Position numbers and translations under genes: made by a program. DNA of 64,000 nucleotides. Origin: an uncultured Verrucomicrobiae bacterium (lineage in GTDB: Bacteria > Verrucomicrobiota > Verrucomicrobiia > Limisphaerales > UBA11358). The DNA lies in contig CAWBKH010000002.1 of NCBI GenBank assembly GCA_963789335.1, positions 985,355 through 1,049,354 on the forward strand, read 5' to 3'. Below are positions 1 to 10,758 of this stretch, in pieces. Within the stretch, counting starts at the first letter, position 1; each line of letters opens with the position of its first letter. The notes under the pieces are model-generated. The model was given only the letters and a program-made list of their open reading frames with translations, did not search any database and had not been told where the DNA came from.

Positions 1-79
1 CGAACTCGCACGCCTGGCCGATGATGATCGGGCCGGCACCGATGATGAGGACGGAATGAATGTCAGTGCGCTTGGGCAT
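1..79 (-). CDS. carB: carbamoyl-phosphate synthase large subunit, first 26 codons only (gene runs off the left edge)
   Basis: Reverse translation from the ATG at 79-77 gives [26 protein letters not shown], the conserved CarB N-terminus. Confidence 0.8.
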   Translation of the reverse strand, partial: MPKRTDIHSVLIIGAGPIIIGQACEF

Positions 80-83
80 CTTT

Positions 84-118
84 TGATTTTCGATTTGCGA
101 TTGCCGATGTACGATTTG
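84..118. repeat. tandem heptamer array, 5 units (TGATTTT CGATTTG CGATTGC CGATGTA CGATTTG)
   Basis: Period-7 repetition read directly. It is the reverse complement of the (T/C)AAATCG units seen at 7618-7645 and 44177-44204. It lies in the carB 5' region. Confidence 0.7.
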
Positions 119-425
119 AAAACAGTCCAAACCGCCGCTCGTTTGGTTGCCGAAATTCCGGCTCACCCAATCGCCTTGCAAAACGGCCATGAATTCAACA
201 CGGAGCGGGCGTAAAAGGGAAGGGAAAACTGTAACCGTTCAATCAATATGGCCATCTCAAAACTGCGTGGGCGTTTTGATTCTTGACCCGATACCTCGCG
301 ATTACTACCCTTTTCGGGTCTGCATAAATCGGTTCAGTTTCTTCGCAAGCATGCAGGGGCATTCCCCGAGTCAAATTCGCGAATCGCCGCCGCAGATTTG
401 TTGGCCGAAGTGAGTTGCAACAAAC

Positions 426-2246
426 ATGATTAACAAACGTTGGTTCAAACAACTTCCCGATATCGGCGAGGAAGCAAGTTTCCTCCGCAAATGGGGATTT
501 ATCGGCATATTAGTCGGCATCGGCGCGGGAGTGGGAGCTTTGGCGTTGATTTGGTTGATCCAACTGATTTCCCACTATCTGCTCGGCAATCTGGTCGGTT
601 ACACGCCACCGGCGCCGGGCGGCGAAGGCGGCGCTGGCCAATATGTTTTTAAAATGACCCGGCCCTGGCTGCTGCCGTTGATCACGGGCGCGTCCGGTTT
701 GGTCAGCGGTTTTCTTGTCTGGAAATTTGCCCCGGAAACGGCGGGCATCGGCACCAATGCAGCCATCCGCGCGTTTCATGCCAATGAGAAAATCAAGCTC
801 CGGACCTCGCTCTTCAAACTGGTCACCTCCGCCATCACCATCGGGGGCGGTTTGACGTCCGGGCGCGAAGGTCCCGTGGCGCAAATCGGGGCCGCGACCG
901 GCGCCTGCATCGCTGACGCCCTCAAGCTCACGGTACGGGAACGCAACATCGCGCTGGCGGCGGGACTGGGGGCAGGCATCGCTGCGATTTTCAAGGCGCC
1001 GCTGGCCGGTGCCATCATTGGCGCGGAGATTTTTTACACCGAGGATTTCGAGGTGGAAGCGCTGGTGCCGGGTCTGATTGCCTCGGTGATTGGTTACACC
1101 ATTGTTGGCTCGGTCATGGGATTTCAGCCCATCTTCAACCCGCCCGCCGAAATGATGCAATTCGATCATCCCTGGTCGCTGGTCTTGTTTGCCCTGTTGG
1201 GCGTGGGCTGTGCCCTGCTGGCAAGGTTTTTGTTCGGCTTTTATTTTCGCACCGAACGCTTTTTCAAGCGGTTTCCCTTGTGGCTCGCGACCACCATCGG
1301 CGGCGTTTGCACGGGTGTGATTGGTCTGGCGATTCCGTCCGTGATCGGGACCGGATACGGCTGGGCGCAATTCGCCATCACTCAGAACACCGTCTTGCTG
1401 CCGCCGCTCATGTTGTTCCTGGCGGCGTTCGCTGAAATCATTGGCGCTTCGTTGACGCTGGGTTCGGGCAATTCCGGCGGCGTATTCGGCCCCAGCGTGG
1501 TGACGGGCGGAATGTTCGGCGGCGCCTTCGGCTGCGCGGTGGTTCACTTCTTTCCGTCGCTGCACGCGCATGTTGGCGACTTTGCCATCGTGGGCATGGT
1601 GGCGTTTTTTGCCGCCGCCGCCAAGGCGCCGATTTCCACCATCATTATGATTTCGGAAATGACCGGCGGTTATGCGCTTCTGGCGCCGGCCATGTTTGCG
1701 GTCGTTACGGCTTTTATCCTGTCGGGCAAGCGCACGATTTTTCCGGCCCAAGTCCACAGCCGGATTGATTCGCCCTTTCACGCTGATGAATTTGAGCCGA
1801 TTGTTCTTCACCACGTCAAGACCAGCGACGTTATGATTCATCTGCCGGTTTGCCTTAATATCAACACCTCCGTCGCCGATGCCATCAGTTTGATGGGCGA
1901 TTATGGTCTCAGCGGATTGCCCGTGGTGGAGCAGCACAAGTTATGCGGCCGCGTGACCTTGCTGGCGTCCCATCGGGTCCCGGAAGAAAAACGGCAGAGC
2001 GTCCAGATCAGGGAGATCATGACCTCCGAGTTGTATCGGGCCTACCCGGATGAAGACCTGTTCACCATCCTCAAACGGTTTGCGGCCCACGATGTCGGCC
2101 ATCTCCCGGTGGTGACACGGAAACGACCGGATTATCCCGTTGGCTTGATTACCCGTTCCGGACTCTGGACGGCTCTGGAAACCGCCAGGGAACTGCGTGC
2201 TGCGCGGAAGGAAAGGGCGGATGCAACGCAGGGAATAATTTCGTAA
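426..2246 (+). CDS. ClC-family voltage-gated chloride channel with C-terminal CBS pair
   Basis: 606-aa ORF, multi-pass membrane protein. ClC selectivity motifs GREGP and GSGNSGGVFGPS are present. The C-terminal roughly 140 aa look like a CBS-domain pair. Confidence 0.9.
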   Translation: MINKRWFKQLPDIGEEASFLRKWGFIGILVGIGAGVGALALIWLIQLISHYLLGNLVGYTPPAPGGEGGAGQYVFKMTRPWLLPLITGASGLVSGFLVWKFAPETAGIGTNAAIRAFHANEKIKLRTSLFKLVTSAITIGGGLTSGREGPVAQIGAATGACIADALKLTVRERNIALAAGLGAGIAAIFKAPLAGAIIGAEIFYTEDFEVEALVPGLIASVIGYTIVGSVMGFQPIFNPPAEMMQFDHPWSLVLFALLGVGCALLARFLFGFYFRTERFFKRFPLWLATTIGGVCTGVIGLAIPSVIGTGYGWAQFAITQNTVLLPPLMLFLAAFAEIIGASLTLGSGNSGGVFGPSVVTGGMFGGAFGCAVVHFFPSLHAHVGDFAIVGMVAFFAAAAKAPISTIIMISEMTGGYALLAPAMFAVVTAFILSGKRTIFPAQVHSRIDSPFHADEFEPIVLHHVKTSDVMIHLPVCLNINTSVADAISLMGDYGLSGLPVVEQHKLCGRVTLLASHRVPEEKRQSVQIREIMTSELYRAYPDEDLFTILKRFAAHDVGHLPVVTRKRPDYPVGLITRSGLWTALETARELRAARKERADATQGIIS

Positions 2247-2272
2247 ATCCCCACCGGGCTGCGCTCAGGCGA

Positions 2273-3289
2273 TTAAAGCAATCGCGCTTGATTTCCTGCC
2301 GTCGGATTCAAGCCGAGTTTTTTATAGCTCAATTCCGTCGCGACGCGGCCCTGCGGCGTGCGATTTAAGTAGCCTTCCATGATGAGATACGGCTCATAAA
2401 CTTCCTCAATCGTGTCCGGTTCCTCGCCCACGGCCACAGCGAGGGAATTGACTCCGACCGGTCCGCCGCCGAATTTCAGGATGACGGCTTCGAGAATGCG
2501 TTTGTCCATTTCGTCGAGACCACTTTGGTCAATTTCCAGCATCGCCAGTGCTTTGTCCGCGACCTCGGCGGTGATGCGGCCGTCGTGCCGGACCTGCGCG
2601 TAATCGCGGACGCGCCGGAGCAGATTGTTAGCGATGCGCGGCGTGCCGCGACTGCGCCGGGCGATTTCATGCGCGCCGGCCGGCTCGATTTCCACCTTCA
2701 ACAGGTGCGCGGAGCGCACAATAATCGTCTCCAAATCCGCGGCGACGTAATAGTCCAGCCGTTCACGCACGGCAAAACGCGTGAGCAACGGCGCGGTAAG
2801 CAGGCCGCTACGCGTGGTCGCGCCGATAAGGGTGAACCGGGGTAGATTCAACCGAACGCTGCGCGCGTTCGGTCCCTGGTCAATGATGATGTCCAGTTTG
2901 AAATCTTCCATCGCCGGATAAAGGTATTCCTCGATGGTTTTTTGCAGACGATGGATTTCGTCAATGAACAGCACGTCGCCTTCTTCGAGATTCGTCAGCA
3001 GGCCGGCGAGGTCACCCGCTTTTTCAATCGTCGGGCCGCTGGTGCTTTTGAGATTCGCGCCCATCGCCTTGGCGAGAATGTTGGCGAGCGTGGTTTTGCC
3101 GAGGCCGGGCGGGCCGTTCAGCAAAATGTGATCCAGCGCTTCTTTGCGTTTCTTTGCGGCGGCTACGGCGATTTCGAGCCGCTCTTTCACCTTGGGCTGC
3201 CCGGTGAATTCGGAAAAGAGCAACGGGCGCAGCGTCAACTCCAAAGCCGCGTCGGGTTTGTTCAAAGTGGAAATCGGCCGTTCAGACAT
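2273..3289 (-). CDS. ruvB: Holliday junction branch migration helicase RuvB
   Basis: Motifs [19 protein letters not shown] and Walker [16 protein letters not shown]. The ORF extends to 3370, but the MSERPIS start at 3289 matches the usual RuvB N-terminal length. Confidence 0.9.
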   Translation of the reverse strand: MSERPISTLNKPDAALELTLRPLLFSEFTGQPKVKERLEIAVAAAKKRKEALDHILLNGPPGLGKTTLANILAKAMGANLKSTSGPTIEKAGDLAGLLTNLEEGDVLFIDEIHRLQKTIEEYLYPAMEDFKLDIIIDQGPNARSVRLNLPRFTLIGATTRSGLLTAPLLTRFAVRERLDYYVAADLETIIVRSAHLLKVEIEPAGAHEIARRSRGTPRIANNLLRRVRDYAQVRHDGRITAEVADKALAMLEIDQSGLDEMDKRILEAVILKFGGGPVGVNSLAVAVGEEPDTIEEVYEPYLIMEGYLNRTPQGRVATELSYKKLGLNPTAGNQARLL

Positions 3290-3409
3290 TGCGTTGAGAA
3301 TGGAAAATGCGCCGCCCAGCGGCAAGCGCGATTCCATCCCCATCCCAAACGCGAGGGCTTGGAAGTACATATTTTCGCAGTTTTTGGCAAAAAATGCTGG
3401 AAAATCTTG

Positions 3410-5902
<2,493 letters not shown>

Positions 5903-5917
5903 CCGTTGAATCTTCAG

Positions 5918-5957
5918 ACTCCCTCCGGGTTCGCGCCGGGAGGGAGTTTTGCTTTTT
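5918..5957 (+). terminator. rho-independent terminator after hppA
   Basis: Stem ACTCCCTCCGG / CCGGGAGGGAGT with a 7-nt loop, followed by TTTGCTTTTT. Confidence 0.75.
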
Positions 5958-6005
5958 GCCAAATAAGGCTCGAAAAGCGCCGGTCAAGCTCCCAGATTGG
6001 AAGCG

Positions 6006-7316
6006 ATGGATTTGATTCAGCGCTCCATTCAACTTGGCTGGCAACTGCGCGTCTTTTTCACCGAAGACGTTTTCGCCCCCGCCAATCTGGTTTTGAAAGA
6101 GGTGCTGGCCGATGGCGCACCGCGCAAAGTCTTGCTTGTTCTCGATGAAGGTTTGACCCGCCATCACCGGAACGCCGGATTGCCTTCAAAAATTGCCTCT
6201 TATTTTCAAACGCATAGCGCCGCACTTCAATTGGTTTGTCCGCCGCTCATCATTCCCGGTGGAGAAGCTGCCAAAAATTCCAGCGCGTGCGTTTCGCAAA
6301 TTCACTTGGCCATCAACCAATTCCACATTGACCGGCATTCCTACTTGATTGCCGTTGGTGGCGGCGCGTTGCTGGACGTCGCCGGCTTTTCCGCCGCCAC
6401 CGCGCACCGCGGCGTGCGCCACGTGCGCATCCCTACGACCGTTTTGAGCCAGGCTGATTCCGGCGTCGGTGTCAAGAATGGCCTCAATGCCTTCGGCAAA
6501 AAGAATTTCCTCGGCACGTTCGCGCCGCCGCACGCGGTCATCAACGATTTCAACTTGCTCGCCACGTTGGCAGCGCGCGACAAATGCGCTGGCTACGTTG
6601 AAGCCGTGAAAGTCGCCTGCATCCGCGACAAACATTTCTTTGACGAACTCGAACGCGAGGCGGAGAAACTGGTGGCATTTGAGCCTGATGCGATGAAGCG
6701 GCTCATTTATCGCTCCGCCGAATTGCATCTGCACCACATCGCCGCCAACGGCGACCCATTTGAGCGTGGCTCGGCGCGTCCGCTCGATTTCGGCCATTGG
6801 GCGGCGCACAAGCTGGAACAGCTCTCCAACTTTCAGATCCGTCACGGCGAGGCCGTCGCCATAGGTATCGCAATTGATGTGCTTTACTCGCGCAACGTCG
6901 GCCTGCTCGATGCTGTGTCCGCCGAACGCATTCTGGCCTTGCTGCAAAAACTGGAACTGCCACTGTCCACTTGCGATATGACCCGGCGAAGTTATCCCGA
7001 AGGCTCGCCGTTCGTCGAAAAGGTCGCGGACGCCTTTGACAAACTGGATTTGCAGAAATTGGACGCTGAAGTAAAAGTGCGTCCAGACAAGTTCCCGGAG
7101 GCGATGAGTGAACTGGATGAGTTATTCAGGAGCGCCCCGCCGTTCCGTCTCGAACTGGTGAATGGCCTGGAAGAGTTTCGCGAACACCTTGGAGGTGAAT
7201 TAACCATCACATTGTTGAAAAACATCGGCGAAGGTGTGGAAGTGCATGCGATGAATCCGGCCCAAATTGACGAAGCGGTCGAGGAACTGTGGAAGCGCTG
7301 CCACCAGCAGGTCTGA
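6006..7316 (+). CDS. sugar-phosphate cyclase / 3-dehydroquinate-synthase-like superfamily protein (probably not canonical AroB)
   Basis: GGGALLDVAGFSAATAHRGVRHVRIPTTVLSQADSGVGVKNGLN matches the DHQS-fold nucleotide and metal-binding region. C-terminal GLEEFREHLGG is present. The protein is about 75 aa longer than typical AroB. Start is ATG 6006 (or TTG 5997). Confidence 0.7.
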   Translation: MDLIQRSIQLGWQLRVFFTEDVFAPANLVLKEVLADGAPRKVLLVLDEGLTRHHRNAGLPSKIASYFQTHSAALQLVCPPLIIPGGEAAKNSSACVSQIHLAINQFHIDRHSYLIAVGGGALLDVAGFSAATAHRGVRHVRIPTTVLSQADSGVGVKNGLNAFGKKNFLGTFAPPHAVINDFNLLATLAARDKCAGYVEAVKVACIRDKHFFDELEREAEKLVAFEPDAMKRLIYRSAELHLHHIAANGDPFERGSARPLDFGHWAAHKLEQLSNFQIRHGEAVAIGIAIDVLYSRNVGLLDAVSAERILALLQKLELPLSTCDMTRRSYPEGSPFVEKVADAFDKLDLQKLDAEVKVRPDKFPEAMSELDELFRSAPPFRLELVNGLEEFREHLGGELTITLLKNIGEGVEVHAMNPAQIDEAVEELWKRCHQQV

Positions 7317-7317
7317 T

Positions 7318-8799
7318 ATGAACCGCCTTGCCGTTATCAACGTTGTCGGCTTGGTCGAAGCGCTCATCAGCGAACACACGCCGCGCATCGCGGAATTTCG
7401 CCAGCACGGCGCGCTGGCCCAAATCGTGCCGGCATTCCCGGCGGTCACCTGCCCCGCGCAATCGAATTACCTCACCGGCAAATTGCCGTCGCAGCACGGC
7501 GTCGTCGGCAACGGCTGGTACGATCGCGAGCTGTCTGAAGTCCAATTCTGGAAACAATCGAACCATCTGGTGCAAAGCCCAAAAATCTGGGATGAACTCC
7601 GAAAGCAATCTGAATTAGTAAATCGTAAATCATCAATCGTAAATCTGTTCTGGTGGTTCAACATGTATTCGAGCGTGGATTATTCCCTCACGCCGCGCCC
7701 GATGTATCCTGCCGATGGCCGGAAGGTTTTCGATGTATATTCCCGGCCGTATTCAATTCGCACGGAAATCAAGCGCGACCTCGGCGAATTCCCGTTCTTC
7801 GGTTTCTGGGGCCCAGCGGCAGGGATCAAATCCCCGCAAGGTTCCGCTGATTGCGCGACGCGCTGGATTGCCGAGTCCGCGAAGTGGATTGAAAACAAAT
7901 ATCAACCGACGCTAAACCTGATTTATCTGCCACATCTCGATTACAATTTGCAGCGATATGGACCGTTCGGAGTTCCGCCTTCAGGCGGCAAGGTTGAAGC
8001 GCATCCACCCGCGAACCGCCTGAAGGCGGAACTCCAAACCAAAATCAATCCCGCCATCATTCCTGACCTGCACGCGATTGATGCCATCGTCGGCGACCTG
8101 ATTAATTTCTTCAACAAATGCGGCGTGCAAGTCGTGTTGCTCTCCGAATACGGCATCACGAACGTGGACACGCCGGTTCATCTCAACCGGATTTTCCGCG
8201 AGCAAGGCTGGCTGGCGGTGAAGGATGAACTCGGCCTGGAAATTCTCGACGCAGGCGCAAGCAAGGTTTTCGCCGTAACGGATCATCAGGTTGCACATAT
8301 TTACCTCAATGATGCGTCGCTGGAAAAATCTGTGCGCGAACTGCTGGAGAAGACCGAAGGCGTGGAAAGCGTTTTAGGCAAAACGGAAAAAATCACGGCG
8401 GGTATTGACCATCCGCGCGCCGGTGATTTGATGGTCGTGGCGAAGGAAAACGCGTGGTTCACCTATTATTACTGGCTGGACAACGTCCGCGCGCCGGATT
8501 TCGCGCGGACGGTGGACATCCACCGCAAGCCGGGCTTCGACCCGGTGGAACTGTTTCTCGACCCGACGATTCCGCTGCCGAAATTGAAAATCGCCTGGCG
8601 CTTGCTGCAAAAGAAACTTGGTTTCCGAATGTTGATGGACGTGGTCCCGCTCGACGCAACGCTCGTGAAAGGCTCGCACGGCCGGCGACCGATGGACAAA
8701 ATAGACTGGCCGGTGTTCATTACAGAACGACCGGAAACGTTGGACACAAAGCAGATTGAATCAACGGATGTGTTTCACGTCTTACAGCAGCATCTTTAA
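7318..8799 (+). CDS. alkaline-phosphatase-superfamily enzyme (nucleotide pyrophosphatase/phosphodiesterase-like)
   Basis: N-terminal VINVVGL...P, FPAVTCPAQSNYLTGKLPSQHGVVGNGW (metal/nucleophile-region motif of type I phosphodiesterase/NPP) and SEYG. The ATG at 7318 follows the upstream stop (TGATATG). Confidence 0.7.
   Translation: MNRLAVINVVGLVEALISEHTPRIAEFRQHGALAQIVPAFPAVTCPAQSNYLTGKLPSQHGVVGNGWYDRELSEVQFWKQSNHLVQSPKIWDELRKQSELVNRKSSIVNLFWWFNMYSSVDYSLTPRPMYPADGRKVFDVYSRPYSIRTEIKRDLGEFPFFGFWGPAAGIKSPQGSADCATRWIAESAKWIENKYQPTLNLIYLPHLDYNLQRYGPFGVPPSGGKVEAHPPANRLKAELQTKINPAIIPDLHAIDAIVGDLINFFNKCGVQVVLLSEYGITNVDTPVHLNRIFREQGWLAVKDELGLEILDAGASKVFAVTDHQVAHIYLNDASLEKSVRELLEKTEGVESVLGKTEKITAGIDHPRAGDLMVVAKENAWFTYYYWLDNVRAPDFARTVDIHRKPGFDPVELFLDPTIPLPKLKIAWRLLQKKLGFRMLMDVVPLDATLVKGSHGRRPMDKIDWPVFITERPETLDTKQIESTDVFHVLQQHL
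7604..7645 (+). repeat. tandem heptamer array (GCAATCT GAATTAG TAAATCG TAAATCA TCAATCG TAAATCT) inside the phosphatase CDS
   Basis: Period-7 repetition read directly; it is translated as ...QSELVNRKSSIVN... Confidence 0.7.
7969..8035. repeat. palindromic element: GGAGTTCCGCCTTCAGGCGG - 27 nt - CCGCCTGAAGGCGGAACTCC, inside the CDS
   Basis: Perfect 20-bp inverted repeat read directly; translated in-frame as GVPPSGGKVEAHPPANRLKAEL. Confidence 0.85.
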
Positions 8800-8870
8800 T
8801 CCGTCGGCGTGACAAAAAAGAAACTCAAATCTTCGCTTGTTCCCCACATCTTCGACCATAAACTCCCCTC

Positions 8871-9122
8871 ATGCCGGAAGTGATGCGAACGCGCGGGTTT
8901 CGGTTCTTCTTTTTCAGCCGCGAAGGTCACGAACCGCCGCACATCCACGTGGAGCGCGCGGAGAAATACGCGAAATTCTGGCTGGAGCCGATGGTCGAAC
9001 TGGCCGAGTCCCGCGCCTTCCGCAGCCATGAGTTGACGGCCTTGCGCGAAATGGTTGAAGAATATCGGGAACAGTTTATACTGGCTTGGAATGAATACCA
9101 CAACCGCCAAACCGGTGGCTGA
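8871..9122 (+). CDS. DUF4160-family small protein
   Basis: 83 aa. MPEVMRTRGFRFFFFSREGHEPPHIHV matches the DUF4160 signature (…EH.PPH.H…) as I remember it. Confidence 0.7.
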   Translation: MPEVMRTRGFRFFFFSREGHEPPHIHVERAEKYAKFWLEPMVELAESRAFRSHELTALREMVEEYREQFILAWNEYHNRQTGG

Positions 9123-9330
9123 CGCGGTGAACGTAACGTTCACCGGTGATGCGCTGGTGGTGACGCTGGCCGACGGGCGGCAGGTGTCCGCCCCGCTGGA
9201 ATGGTTTCCGCGTTTGCGCGCGGCCACGGCCCGGCAACGCAAAAACTGGCGGCTCATTGGCGGCGGTGTCGGCATTCATTGGGAAGACCTTGACGAGGAC
9301 ATTTCCGTCCGCAGTTTGCTGGCGCAATAA
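9091..9330 (+). CDS. DUF2442-family small protein
   Basis: VTLADGRQVSAPLEWFPRLRAATARQRKNWRLIGGGVGIHWEDLDEDISV matches the DUF2442 pattern. The start is uncertain: ATG 9091, or GTG 9115 overlapping the upstream stop as GTGGCTGA. Confidence 0.65.
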   Translation: MNTTTAKPVADAVNVTFTGDALVVTLADGRQVSAPLEWFPRLRAATARQRKNWRLIGGGVGIHWEDLDEDISVRSLLAQ

Positions 9331-9360
9331 CCTTAATGCCCAACCGGTAGGTTGAGCAAA

Positions 9361-10125
9361 CTACACAAGCGTTCGTAGAAAAGCCAACGTCCGCTCGCAG
9401 ACTCTTGGTTTCACCCAACGGGGAGTGCTTCGTTGAATTGCATTCAGTTCTGTGAACGTTCCAAAATGACGCTGCATTTTTGAATCGAGGACAAATATTG
9501 GATGTCCCCCGCTGTCAGTTCCTTTCTCATCGGCGCTGATTTTTACGGCTTTCTTCAGCAATCGGCTGCCGCGCCCGCCTTTCACCAAGATGAGTTTAGC
9601 GAAACGTTCCGGTTCCTTTTCGTTGAGGATGTGCCAGTTCTTGGAATATAGATTGAGCAAGCCTTTCTGCTTCATGTCCGCGTAAGTGCCAGCACACTCG
9701 ATGATAAAGTGGCCGACGATGAAAAGTCCCGGCGGCGTTTTACAGCCGCCCCAGCCCTGTAGGCCCGCGTAAAAGACAAGCGCATCTCCACGGTTGAGGC
9801 TTTTCAGACTTTGTTTTGGGGCAGTCGGGTCGCCATAGGTAAAGGTGTCGAATTCCGGGTCGAAATGCATAAAAGCATTTCGCATCTTTTGTTTGCGTCC
9901 GTCGGGGAAATACTCAACTAACTTTCTTCCGTGCCGGCCCTGGGTGTTGCCATAAGTCCGCCCCAAAAGGTCGCGGTCGGCATCAATTGGAATGAATTCG
10001 AAAGAACCATCAGCAAAAATCGGCCCAAGCATTCCGCCAGAGCCCGAATCTATGCCAACGCGAAGCAAGACAACCTGAGACTTTTGATTTTTAACATCCC
10101 GCGCAATGCTTTCTGTTCTTGCCAT
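9361..10125 (-). CDS. hypothetical protein, 254 aa (no confident family)
   Basis: Long ORF in a lower-GC segment with no overlapping alternative. N-terminal motif VVLLRVGIDSGSGGMLGPIFADGSFEFIPID. It overlaps the upstream gene by 35 nt. Confidence 0.7.
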   Translation of the reverse strand: MARTESIARDVKNQKSQVVLLRVGIDSGSGGMLGPIFADGSFEFIPIDADRDLLGRTYGNTQGRHGRKLVEYFPDGRKQKMRNAFMHFDPEFDTFTYGDPTAPKQSLKSLNRGDALVFYAGLQGWGGCKTPPGLFIVGHFIIECAGTYADMKQKGLLNLYSKNWHILNEKEPERFAKLILVKGGRGSRLLKKAVKISADEKGTDSGGHPIFVLDSKMQRHFGTFTELNAIQRSTPRWVKPRVCERTLAFLRTLV

Positions 10126-10702
10126 AATCGTGACGTTTGGTTTGTGATTCCAGTTCTTTCACTTTGTTACGCAGCTTGTTCAGAATGTTTTTGGTTTTTT
10201 GAAGATGTGAACGAATCTGTTCGGTCTCCTTTTCGGTGGCGAGATATTTCCACCTGCCATTTTTTACATCGTTCAAGACGTATGCGTCGTCTGCTGAAAC
10301 AAAATGCGATTTAGTTTCATCGCCAACAAAGAAGCCACATTGTTGTGGATTTTCGGGATCAAAGGGTGAAGCGGCTGACTGAATGGACTCGCTCAACTCG
10401 CGCCAAACTTTTTCCTTCGCGCGATATAAAAAACCGACGACGAGAAGTTTGCCGTTTCTTGGATGGCCTTTTTTGAAATAGCGGGTTATCAGAAATAGAT
10501 ATTTTACTTGTCGCCGGTTTGCCGATTTTATTCGGCCATTCATGCACTTGCTGCACCAATTCTCTGTGAGGTTTTCGTAGTGCGGTTCTGTCTTGTGTCC
10601 TTGACGTTGGGTGTTAATCACGTCACGGACTGGTAATACCTCACCGGCGCAGTGGTAAAAATATTGAAAGACACCGGCGATTTTCGGGTTCGGTATTTTC
10701 AT
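10091..10702 (-). CDS. hypothetical protein, 203 aa, Cys/His-bearing (no confident family)
   Basis: Long ORF in the lowest-GC part of the islet. Has HCAG near the N-terminus, WCSKC in the middle and HCAGC at the C-terminus. A Lys-rich helical tail precedes the C-terminus. Confidence 0.65.
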   Translation of the reverse strand: MKIPNPKIAGVFQYFYHCAGEVLPVRDVINTQRQGHKTEPHYENLTENWCSKCMNGRIKSANRRQVKYLFLITRYFKKGHPRNGKLLVVGFLYRAKEKVWRELSESIQSAASPFDPENPQQCGFFVGDETKSHFVSADDAYVLNDVKNGRWKYLATEKETEQIRSHLQKTKNILNKLRNKVKELESQTKRHDYGKNRKHCAGC

Positions 10703-10758
10703 GGGTTAATTAAACCGCTTCTGTTATTCCAAACCACTACAAACTCCGTTGCTTCAAT

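Noticed and set aside
120-425. Possible fluoride (crcB-type) riboswitch or small ORF (147-413) upstream of the ClC channel gene.
   Set aside because: I could not find the conserved fluoride-riboswitch elements (GGnGAUG...AACCGCC...CUGAUGAU). This ClC is a long CBS-domain type rather than a short ClC-F. The 88-aa ORF has no supporting features.
510-1937. Long antisense ORFs overlapping well-supported genes. Examples: 510-1937, 3470-4867, 5195-5962, 10786-11985, 12234-13658, 35541-36887, 39746-40723, 41943-43787, 46624-48306, 54548-55636, 55991-56950.
   Set aside because: Each lies opposite a gene with unmistakable conserved motifs. Their translations are Arg/Gly/His/Pro-rich low-complexity strings, typical of stop-codon-poor antisense frames in GC-rich DNA.
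2942-3409. N-terminal 156 codons of the ORF-track entry 2942-5902.
   Set aside because: This stretch is antisense to ruvB and lacks pyrophosphatase similarity. The signal/TM-like N-terminus begins at ATG 3410.
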